Shown here: positions 1-6,763 of the stretch, piece after piece
Layout of the letters: the number at the start of each line of letters is the position of its first letter
Position numbering within the stretch: the stretch's first letter is position 1
NCBI GenBank assembly: GCA_002729175.1
Contig: PBTS01000077.1
Location: 1 to 11,060, forward strand
Direction: 5' to 3'
Origin: Fidelibacterota bacterium
GTDB taxonomy: Bacteria > Fidelibacterota > Marinisomatia > Marinisomatales > S15-B10
Length of the DNA stretch: 11,060 nt
Notes under the pieces: model-generated
What the model was told of the DNA's origin: nothing
Databases searched by the model: none
Seen by the model: the letters and a program-made list of their open reading frames with translations, nothing else
Position numbers and translations under genes: made by a program

Positions 1-611
1 ACATATTTTTGATACAGGAAAGGAGGGCGGCTATTTTCGTAGTCCGTACCACGCCACTCATCGAGCCACTCATAGACTCTCTCCTGACCATCCGGGTTGT
101 GAACTGGAACGTGGATCAGGACAACATTATCCAAAATACGTGATACTTCATGATCATTACCAGTCGCCATACGATATGCCATAAGGAGTGCACCTTGCGA
201 AGCGCCTACTTCAGTGGAGTGAATCTGATGGTTAGCAACCACGAATGTCTTCCCTTCCCGTATAATTTTCTGGATTTCGCCATCAGACACACCACGAGGA
301 TCGTAGAGTTTGCTATTCATATTAATCAAATTATCAAGGCGGACGTGATTCTCCGGTGAGGTAACAATGGCATAATAGAACGGCCGACCTTCAGTGGTTT
401 CACCTATTTCCACAACTTTCACTCTGTCACTCCGCTCCTCCATGAAACGATAGTACTCAAGTATCTTTGAGTGAGGGATCAAAACACCGGGATCCCCAAT
501 CTTACGCCCAAAATATTCAGAGGGATGAAGAATTGATGTACTCTCTGTATCTACAGAACAGGACCAAACTGAGAGCGAAACAACAAAAAACAGAATTGAT
601 TTTTTCAACAT
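1..611 (-). CDS. M14-family zinc carboxypeptidase, predicted lipoprotein; 5' part only (runs off the left edge; absent from ORF track)
   Basis: Manual translation from ATG at 611-609 is open to the window edge: MLKKSILFFVVSLSVWSCSVDTEST...HPSEYFGRKIG...VVEIGETTEGRPFYYAIVTSPEN...NHQIHSTEVGASQG...ILDNVVLIHVPVHNPDGQERV...PPFLYQKY. It has the M14 motifs GxT/SxEGR, HxxE (HSTE) and NPDG, a lipobox-like VWSC at Cys18, and SD AAGGAG at 625-620. Confidence 0.92.
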   Translation of the reverse strand, partial: MLKKSILFFVVSLSVWSCSVDTESTSILHPSEYFGRKIGDPGVLIPHSKILEYYRFMEERSDRVKVVEIGETTEGRPFYYAIVTSPENHVRLDNLINMNSKLYDPRGVSDGEIQKIIREGKTFVVANHQIHSTEVGASQGALLMAYRMATGNDHEVSRILDNVVLIHVPVHNPDGQERVYEWLDEWRGTDYENSRPPFLYQKY

Positions 612-636
612 ACTCACACTCCTTAATCTAAGTTGC

Positions 637-664
637 AGTTTACCGAAAATGCCCGATAGATCAA
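637..664 (-). promoter_or_regulatory. Putative sigma70-type promoter for the M14 peptidase gene
   Basis: Minus strand TTGATC (664-659), 16 nt spacer, TAAACT (642-637), upstream of SD AAGGAG and ATG 611. Confidence 0.45.
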
Positions 665-696
665 ATTGAACTGGGGTGTAATTAATCTTTGTTACT

Positions 697-727
697 TTGT
701 TTCAAAAAGAAATCTTTGTAGTATACT
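697..727 (+). promoter_or_regulatory. Putative promoter for the dienelactone hydrolase gene (possibly leaderless transcript)
   Basis: TATACT at 722-727 lies 7 nt before the in-frame GTG at 735. A weak -35-like TTGTTT is at 697-702. No SD precedes the GTG. Confidence 0.4.
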
Positions 728-734
728 CTCTAGA

Positions 735-1706
735 GTGAAATTCTCTCTCATTATAACCTTTCTCATAACCGCATCTTTTGCTCAGCAAAAAGATGAGCGC
801 ATTGAGTTTACCAGTTCAAACCCGTTCTCATTCTATCACGTTATCACAGACCTGGAAAACCAGGAGCCTCAAGAGGTTTACGGAATTCTCAGATTTCCTG
901 AAGGGGTAGAACAAAAAAACTTACCAATGGTTTTTGGTGTGGCAGGCAGTTTGGCATGGTCGAACCATCATCTTGAATATTTGAAGATGTACCGTGATAT
1001 GGGTATGGCAACCTTTGAGTTAAAAAGTTTTGCCAGTCGTAACATCACATCTACAGTGGGAACACAAGTGGAAGTAACATCAGCCATGATGATTCTGGAT
1101 GCTTATAAGGCATTGGCTGTTCTGGCAAACGATCCCCGTATTGATTTAGATCGTGTAGCCATTACAGGATGGAGCCTTGGCGGCTCCGTGGCACTTTTCA
1201 GCGCTTGGCAACCTCTGAAAAATGCAATTACTTCTCATCTCAGTTTTAAGGCACATTTACCAATTTATCCTCCTTGCATTACAGATCTTGAAGTTGTTGA
1301 ATTCAGTGACGTTCCAATCCATATCCTCATTGGTGAATTGGATAATTGGGTTCCTGCAGCGGCATGTGAGGATCTGGTTACTGATATGAAGGCTGCCGGT
1401 GCTGAAGCAAACGTGACCGTATATCCCAACGCCCACCACTCCTTTGACCGCCTAAAGCCGCCTGAAGTGATGGATAATGGTTACATACTGACCGATTGCC
1501 AGTTCCGAATGCGAGCCGACGGCGCTATACTGATGAATTTCTTTGATATACCTATGATAACGCCCCTTCGGCAAAAAATCGCTCTCGCATTTTGCGCTAG
1601 TCGTGGGCCAACTTTCGGAGGAAATCCTGAAGCGCGAGTTGCTGCCTTTGAATTCTCAAAACAATTTATGGCGGAAAATCTTTTAGGCGGTACAACCGGC
1701 AAGTAG
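735..1706 (+). CDS. Secreted dienelactone hydrolase-family alpha/beta hydrolase (Ser nucleophile)
   Basis: Nucleophile elbow ITGWSLGG after DPRIDLDRVA, acid motif ILIGELDNW, and His motif VYPNAHHSFD. I moved the start from TTG 666 to GTG 735, which gives a signal peptide MKFSLIITFLITASFA/QQ. Confidence 0.88.
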   Translation: MKFSLIITFLITASFAQQKDERIEFTSSNPFSFYHVITDLENQEPQEVYGILRFPEGVEQKNLPMVFGVAGSLAWSNHHLEYLKMYRDMGMATFELKSFASRNITSTVGTQVEVTSAMMILDAYKALAVLANDPRIDLDRVAITGWSLGGSVALFSAWQPLKNAITSHLSFKAHLPIYPPCITDLEVVEFSDVPIHILIGELDNWVPAAACEDLVTDMKAAGAEANVTVYPNAHHSFDRLKPPEVMDNGYILTDCQFRMRADGAILMNFFDIPMITPLRQKIALAFCASRGPTFGGNPEARVAAFEFSKQFMAENLLGGTTGK

Positions 1707-1744
1707 CCAGTGTCTACTCAGAAACTATTCCAGGTACGTCGCGG

Positions 1745-2662
1745 TTAGATAAATCCAAGACTCTTCCGGAGTCGATAACGTAAACCGGATCGCTCATTCA
1801 GTAGTTTATTGATTTTCGGAATAGCCGCTTTCGCCCCTTCCTGACCAGCTATGATGAAAGCCTCTGATCGTGAAAACTCTGACCAGTGTGCCTCCCCCAC
1901 ATCGGGCTGGATCAAAACATCAGCCTGAGAAGCAAGCTCATCAGCAAGCTTCACACCTGTCACTTGACCCACTCGTGACATAAGTTCCAGCAAAGAAAAT
2001 TCCTGAAGAGGTTTCATTTTTCTCCGGGCAATGTCCACAGCTATACAAACATCGTTCTTATATGTCAAAAGTGCTTTCACGGGTACCGGCGCCGCCACAG
2101 CACCATCTACAATGAGTCTGTTCTTCTCTTCCAGAGGCTTTATGAATCCAGGAATGGATGAACTTTCCACCACTGCTTCCACCAGATCACCACTGGATGT
2201 GACTATCTCCTTTCCGCTGTTAAGATCAGTAGATGTAATGGTCAGCGGAATCTTCAGTTCATTAAATGAACTGACGGGCAACAGATAGCGAATGCCCTGA
2301 GTTAGTTTTTCCCTATCCACAATGCCGTGCCGGTGAACCGCCAGCGAGATCACCAGGTGATCCTTTACAAATCTGCCAATCTGTTGAAAAAAAGAATCTT
2401 TTTCTGGAGTATCTCTCCGAAGGTGATGGGTTCCCATAGCACGGAAAGTGTCACTATTTAAATAGTCGAGGTAGTGTTGCCTCACCCAGTCACTATTCAG
2501 CGTGGCGGCGTACATGGCACCGATCACCGCGCCGGCAGAGGTTCCTGCAATCGTATCGATGCCAATGCCCTGGGATTCCAACGTTTGTAGTACACCAATA
2601 TGCGCAGCTCCGCGAGCGCCACCACCACCCAGTGCAATCCCAATTCTCAGTTTATGACTCAT
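1745..2662 (-). CDS. Patatin-like phospholipase (NTE/RssA family)
   Basis: IALGGGGARGAAHIG oxyanion loop, GTSAG nucleophile, SSSIPG, and catalytic Asp in VDGA. I moved the start to ATG 2662 (MSHKLRIG), 10 nt after the upstream stop, which removes the overlap. Confidence 0.93.
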   Translation of the reverse strand: MSHKLRIGIALGGGGARGAAHIGVLQTLESQGIGIDTIAGTSAGAVIGAMYAATLNSDWVRQHYLDYLNSDTFRAMGTHHLRRDTPEKDSFFQQIGRFVKDHLVISLAVHRHGIVDREKLTQGIRYLLPVSSFNELKIPLTITSTDLNSGKEIVTSSGDLVEAVVESSSIPGFIKPLEEKNRLIVDGAVAAPVPVKALLTYKNDVCIAVDIARRKMKPLQEFSLLELMSRVGQVTGVKLADELASQADVLIQPDVGEAHWSEFSRSEAFIIAGQEGAKAAIPKINKLLNERSGLRYRLRKSLGFI

Positions 2663-2672
2663 ACTGTGACAG

Positions 2673-3839
2673 CTATGAATCTGGACCAAACGCCTGGAGT
2701 AGACGATTGAGAACAAAGTTGGCGTTTAGAGAAGGCTTGTCATAGATATTCCATCCTGTAAAAACTGCAATCAATTCTTTTTCAGGTATAACTATAAGTC
2801 TCTGACCTCCGTAGCCGAGGCCCGTGATGGCATACTTGCCCTCTTTGTAGGGTAATAGCCACCACTTATAACCGTAGCGTGTCTTGCTGGATGCCAACTC
2901 AACCCTAGGTGTTATCGATTCTTTGACCCAACCTTCCGGAAGGATGCGGCGCCTTTCCCAAATACCGTCCTTAAGAAACAGGTAGCCAATTTTTGCCAAG
3001 TCTTCAGGCTTCAGATAGAGACCCCCTTCTGTGTCAGTAAGACCTCTGGGAGTTCTTTTCCAGAAGTAATCTTTAATACCCAAAGGTTCGAAAAGATATT
3101 TCTGACCGTACTCATCTACCTCCAGTCCCGTTGCTTTGCGAATCATCTGAGAAAGCAGCATGGTAGCACCGCTGTTGTAAACAAAGATATCACCAGGCTC
3201 GGCAGCCATGGGCTGACTCACAACAAACTGTATCCAATCCTGGCTCTGCTCCATACCGGCACAACTGTTGGCCAAATCTGTATAAGGGATTGTCGATTCA
3301 TCCCACTTGATGCCTGTCCTCATAGTGAGAACGTCTTTAAGGGTCATATTTTCTCTTCGGTGATCTGAATCGGGAGTCGAAAACTCTCCCAGATAACTGC
3401 TCATCTTCACATTTACATCTGGAATAATTCCTCGGGCAATAGCAATTCCTACGATCGCGGAGGTAATACTCTTACTAATAGATTGCATAGAATGAAGCTC
3501 AGTTTCTTTGTAGTAAGGATGCCAATCAGGATCGTAATAATTATACTGACCAGGTTCCGTGTTGGTACCCTTGAAAGGAGTTTCATAATCCTGATCATAC
3601 TTTTTTGAATAAACGATATGACCATTTCTGATGACCAACATTCCGTCAATATAGCCGTGTTTCCCAGCCGAAAATTCCTCATCCATAGAAGAAAGTTTTT
3701 CCAAATCCATACCTTGCGCCGCCGGTGTTGATTCCGGCCATCCTGATGTGGACCATTTAGAGAAATTATTATCACAGGAAATAGACAGTAAGAGAATGAG
3801 AAGGCAGTACCTTAACGATACTGAAGAAAATCGACTCAT
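2673..3839 (-). CDS. Serine hydrolase of the beta-lactamase class C / NylB-like fold, predicted lipoprotein
   Basis: SxxK (QSISKS), LLTMxxG-like VLTMRTG, PG..FVYNS (Tyr motif), LFEPLGI, DLAKIGYLFL, YGYKWW and GYGGQ motifs; N-terminal hydrophobic stretch ending LSISC. Confidence 0.9.
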   Translation of the reverse strand: MSRFSSVSLRYCLLILLLSISCDNNFSKWSTSGWPESTPAAQGMDLEKLSSMDEEFSAGKHGYIDGMLVIRNGHIVYSKKYDQDYETPFKGTNTEPGQYNYYDPDWHPYYKETELHSMQSISKSITSAIVGIAIARGIIPDVNVKMSSYLGEFSTPDSDHRRENMTLKDVLTMRTGIKWDESTIPYTDLANSCAGMEQSQDWIQFVVSQPMAAEPGDIFVYNSGATMLLSQMIRKATGLEVDEYGQKYLFEPLGIKDYFWKRTPRGLTDTEGGLYLKPEDLAKIGYLFLKDGIWERRRILPEGWVKESITPRVELASSKTRYGYKWWLLPYKEGKYAITGLGYGGQRLIVIPEKELIAVFTGWNIYDKPSLNANFVLNRLLQAFGPDS

Positions 3840-3860
3840 AACAATTATTCGCTAATGAAA

Positions 3861-4517
3861 TTAAATAGACAGGTCCAGCTTCAGTTTTTCAGCCGTACCA
3901 ATAGTAACATCCATAAACATTCCAAAAACGGGATTATCACCATCAGGCCTTTGGTAGTTGGAGTTACGCTTGCGTGGCGTCAGCGTATCCACAATTCGAT
4001 CAACAGTGTCCAACCCTTCAATAACTTCTCCAAAGACGGTATACTTATCGTCCAATTGAGGCAAATCGTCAACGCAGATAAAAAACTGGCTACCTGCGCT
4101 ATTTTCCTCAGACGATCGGGCCATGGAAAGAGTGCCGCGCTTATGTGGACGATCATTGAATTCGGCAGGAAGCATCCAGGTATCAGGATTATCTTCTTCT
4201 CCTACACCATAGTATTTTCCGGCGCGACCACCGGTTCCGTCGTTGTATCTGTCACCATCTTTAGAGTTGGGGTCTCCACCCTGAATCACAAAACCGGGAA
4301 TTACGCGATGAAAGGATGTACCGTTAAAGTATCCATCCCGGGCTAAAATTTTGAAACTTTCTACGTGTTTCGGAGCCACATCAGGAAAAAACTTCAAAAC
4401 AATCTGTCCCTCATCAGTGTGAATAACGGCATATTCTTCCGGCTTTTGAACACAGGACAAAAAGATTGCTGTCATAAGAAAAAGTGACAATTTGGTTATA
4501 ACACTAATTTTGATCAT
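3861..4517 (-). CDS. Cyclophilin-type peptidyl-prolyl cis-trans isomerase, predicted lipoprotein
   Basis: APKHVESF, FHRVIPGFVIQGGDP, RGTLSMAR, SAGSQFFI and YTVFGEVIEG motifs; lipobox FLSC; ATG overlaps the pyrE stop (ATGA, 4517-4514). Confidence 0.95.
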   Translation of the reverse strand: MIKISVITKLSLFLMTAIFLSCVQKPEEYAVIHTDEGQIVLKFFPDVAPKHVESFKILARDGYFNGTSFHRVIPGFVIQGGDPNSKDGDRYNDGTGGRAGKYYGVGEEDNPDTWMLPAEFNDRPHKRGTLSMARSSEENSAGSQFFICVDDLPQLDDKYTVFGEVIEGLDTVDRIVDTLTPRKRNSNYQRPDGDNPVFGMFMDVTIGTAEKLKLDLSI

Positions 4518-5077
4518 TTACCTGTTCTTCCTCTCGAAGTTAATGGTTCGTTCTGTGCGCAAAGTGGACAAGATTCCGGATCCCACGAAACTGCAGGAAA
4601 TCTGACTAATGCTTTTGTTGGACACCCAAAATCAATACCGTCGGCAGTTCTGTCGGTAAGACATACCACGGCGGCAGGGTCGGCGCCGAAAGCTTCAACA
4701 ATATCTAAAAGCTCTCGGACTGATCCGCCGGTAGTAACAATATCTTCCACCACCAATACCTGTTCGCCCGGAGCAAGCTCAAATCCTCTCCGTAATTTGA
4801 GCTCACCATTCACCCTCTCTGCAAAAATCCCTTTTTTCCCGAAAGCATTTGCCGTAGAACTACTTATTAAAATCCCACCAACAGCTGCCCCAAGAACAAC
4901 ATCCACATCGATCCCTTTAACAGCTTTGGCCATCTGTTTGCCCACTTCCTCTACTATCTCAGGTCGTTCCAGAAGGCGAAACTTTTCCAGATAGGTATCA
5001 CTGTGTTTTCCTGAAGTAAGCTGAAAATGGCCTTTTAACACCGCTCCTGTTTCATCCATTATACTACTAATATCCAT
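4514..5077 (-). CDS. pyrE: Orotate phosphoribosyltransferase
   Basis: GHFQLTSGKHSDTY, LRRGF and the PRPP-binding VLVVEDIVTTGGS; C-terminal CPLC tail typical of this PyrE subtype; directly follows pyrF. Confidence 0.96.
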   Translation of the reverse strand: MDISSIMDETGAVLKGHFQLTSGKHSDTYLEKFRLLERPEIVEEVGKQMAKAVKGIDVDVVLGAAVGGILISSSTANAFGKKGIFAERVNGELKLRRGFELAPGEQVLVVEDIVTTGGSVRELLDIVEAFGADPAAVVCLTDRTADGIDFGCPTKALVRFPAVSWDPESCPLCAQNEPLTSRGRTGK

Positions 5078-5079
5078 GG

Positions 5080-5883
5080 TCAGGGCCCTTTTAAACCACC
5101 AAGTACCTCGTTAATTATTGAATTGTAATCCATCGCCGCGGAACCTGGATCCGCAGCGTAAAGGACTGACCGGGATACATTAATAAGCGCCACTCCGTTA
5201 CTGTTTCCAGCATGGACACTGGCCTCCAGATCTCCTCCCTGTGCCCCTATACCAGGAATGAGAAAAGGCATATCCCCCGCCTCTAAACGTATATCCGCCA
5301 TTTGTTCCGATTTAGTAGCTCCTACAATCAGACCACAATTATTATTTTCATTCAAATCCTTCACCATGGAGATGACTCTCCTGTAGACTGCCACACCTGA
5401 CACTTCTGTAAGCTGAATGTCCCGCGCACCGGGATTGGAAGTTAGACAAAGAACAAATACTCCCCGATCGGGACGCTCTAAAAATGGTTCCAGAGAATCT
5501 TGACCCATGTAAGGCGATACGGTAATAGCGTCAAAACCAAAGTGGTCAAAGAGTGCCGTTGCATGTTTTTGTCCAGTATTTCCAATATCACCCCGTTTTG
5601 CATCGCCAATGGTAAGGCGTTTGTCGCCAATCGTCTCCATGGTCTCTTCAAGCCATTTAAACCCTTCGGAACCATATGCCTCATAAAAGGCCAGATTTAA
5701 CTTATAGGCAGACACATGATCCAGCGTAGAGTCGATGACCATTCTGGTAAAAACTTTTAGTTCAGCCAGAGGAGGTGGCGATTCAGGGTCAATCTTTTGA
5801 GCATCAATGTCAAGACCAACGCATAGGCGAGAATTATGGCTTTCAACGGCCTCCTGAAGCCTGTCAGTAAAAGTTTTCAACAC
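5080..5883 (-). CDS. pyrF: Orotidine-5'-phosphate decarboxylase (type 2)
   Basis: LCVGLD, AYKLNLAFYE, DAKRGDIGNT (DxKxxD), LCLTSNPGA, VGAT, LIPGIGAQGG and NVSRS motifs. The real start is probably GTG 5883 or TTG 5880; the track's extension to 6039 crosses the divergent promoter region. Confidence 0.95.
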   Translation of the reverse strand: MLKTFTDRLQEAVESHNSRLCVGLDIDAQKIDPESPPPLAELKVFTRMVIDSTLDHVSAYKLNLAFYEAYGSEGFKWLEETMETIGDKRLTIGDAKRGDIGNTGQKHATALFDHFGFDAITVSPYMGQDSLEPFLERPDRGVFVLCLTSNPGARDIQLTEVSGVAVYRRVISMVKDLNENNNCGLIVGATKSEQMADIRLEAGDMPFLIPGIGAQGGDLEASVHAGNSNGVALINVSRSVLYAADPGSAAMDYNSIINEVLGGLKGP

Positions 5884-5907
5884 TATAAAGTTACAGAGTA
5901 GTGTTGA
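5877..5907. repeat. Perfect 9-bp inverted repeat over the pyrF start
   Basis: TCAACACTA (5877-5885), 13 nt spacer, TAGTGTTGA (5899-5907). Confidence 0.7.
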
Positions 5908-5917
5908 CGGGAAGCAA
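5888..5917 (-). promoter_or_regulatory. Putative promoter for the pyrF operon
   Basis: Minus strand TTGCTT (5917-5912), 18 nt spacer, TAACTT (5893-5888), immediately upstream of the GTG/TTG start. Confidence 0.4.
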
Positions 5918-5938
5918 CGGACAGTTGGATATCTGCAT

Positions 5939-5967
5939 TTGACACTATAAAAGCGTTGCGTCATTCT
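5939..5967 (+). promoter_or_regulatory. Putative sigma70-type promoter for the GNAT gene
   Basis: Consensus TTGACA (5939-5944), 17 nt spacer, weak -10 CATTCT (5962-5967); SD-like TAAGGT at 5995-6000. Confidence 0.5.
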
Positions 5968-6006
5968 GAATCCTAGCTTATTCTGCTGAATAGATAAGGT
6001 ATTAAT

Positions 6007-6651
6007 ATGGCTGACCCAGCAGATAAAACCGGAGAGCAACTTACATTAGAGATCGCGGTAAAAACCCGCTCCAGGATTATCGCTTCATCTTCTCTTAATT
6101 TTCAAATCGAACTGATGGAACATGTGGGTGAAGAAGACATCCCTCAGCTGATTTTGATTTCTGAGCATCTTGTAGAAGAATTCACTGAGGATGTCCGACT
6201 TACTAAAACAAGTATTAGAAAATATTTCAACTACCCTCACACTTTACCTTTTGTGGCCAGACAAAGCGGTGAAATTATCGGCTATATCATCGGCGTACCG
6301 TTGGAATATTTTTCCAATGACCCATCCTTTCAATGTGACAGAAATTTGGGGGAAAAGAATACACTTTATACCTATGCTTTTGTTGTTTTTCAAAAATATA
6401 AAGGGAGTGGCTTCGCCAAGACGTTGAAGAGGGTTTACCTAAGCTGGGCCAAAAAAAAGGGTTTTAAATATGTTTCAGGACATGTGAGAGAAGGTGTATC
6501 ACAGCGATTCACAGGTTCAGTCCAAATTCTTCAAAGATTTGACAACTGGCACGGCACCAACAAAAGATTTGAATATTATAGAAGGCTACTGGTACCCCAA
6601 AAACAACCGGAGACTCCAGAACAAAACCCGCCTTTGGTGGCAAAAATTTGA
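6007..6651 (+). CDS. GNAT-family N-acetyltransferase, substrate unknown
   Basis: FVARQSGEIIGYIIG beta hairpin, motif A-like LYTYAFVVFQKYKGSGFAKTLK (Q/RxxGxA), and WAKKKGFKYVSGH; SD TAAGGT upstream. Confidence 0.8.
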   Translation: MADPADKTGEQLTLEIAVKTRSRIIASSSLNFQIELMEHVGEEDIPQLILISEHLVEEFTEDVRLTKTSIRKYFNYPHTLPFVARQSGEIIGYIIGVPLEYFSNDPSFQCDRNLGEKNTLYTYAFVVFQKYKGSGFAKTLKRVYLSWAKKKGFKYVSGHVREGVSQRFTGSVQILQRFDNWHGTNKRFEYYRRLLVPQKQPETPEQNPPLVAKI

Positions 6652-6700
6652 TTTCGGGGTGGATCATCCATTTTGTAGAATTTCTTCCTGTCCTTTCCCA

Positions 6701-6755
6701 TTGATAGCGGAGGGAACAGTCGCTAAATTCTCAGCCCTTTTAACCAATTAGAGGA
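6701..6755 (+). promoter_or_regulatory. Putative sigma70 promoter and RBS of the PAS-MenA gene
   Basis: TTGATA (6701-6706), 17 nt spacer, TAAATT (6724-6729); SD GAGGA at 6751-6755, 8 nt before ATG 6764. Confidence 0.6.
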
Positions 6756-6763
6756 ACGGCATT

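Noticed and set aside
150..359. 69-aa plus-strand ORF
   Set aside because: Antisense shadow of the M14 peptidase gene; no motifs.
666..734. N-terminal extension of the hydrolase ORF from TTG 666
   Set aside because: Covers the AT-rich promoter region; GTG 735 gives a clean signal peptide.
1707..1744. Terminator between the convergent hydrolase and patatin genes
   Set aside because: No stem-loop or T tract is visible in the 38-nt gap.
2673..3839. Beta-lactam resistance gene
   Set aside because: Lacks the KTG triad and has YNS rather than YxN; fits the broader esterase/amidase members of the fold.
3855..4346. 163-aa plus-strand ORF
   Set aside because: Antisense to the well-conserved cyclophilin; no recognisable domain.
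5884..6039. 52-aa N-terminal extension of PyrF
   Set aside because: Overlaps the divergent GNAT start and promoters; PyrF-like sequence begins at KTFTDRL.
6660..6670. TGGAT-C-ATCCA palindrome after the GNAT stop
   Set aside because: 5-bp arms with a 1-nt centre cannot form a terminator hairpin and are expected by chance.
6701..6714. TTGAT as a possible FNR box upstream of PAS-MenA
   Set aside because: The second half-site is GAGGG, not ATCAA; better explained as the -35 hexamer.
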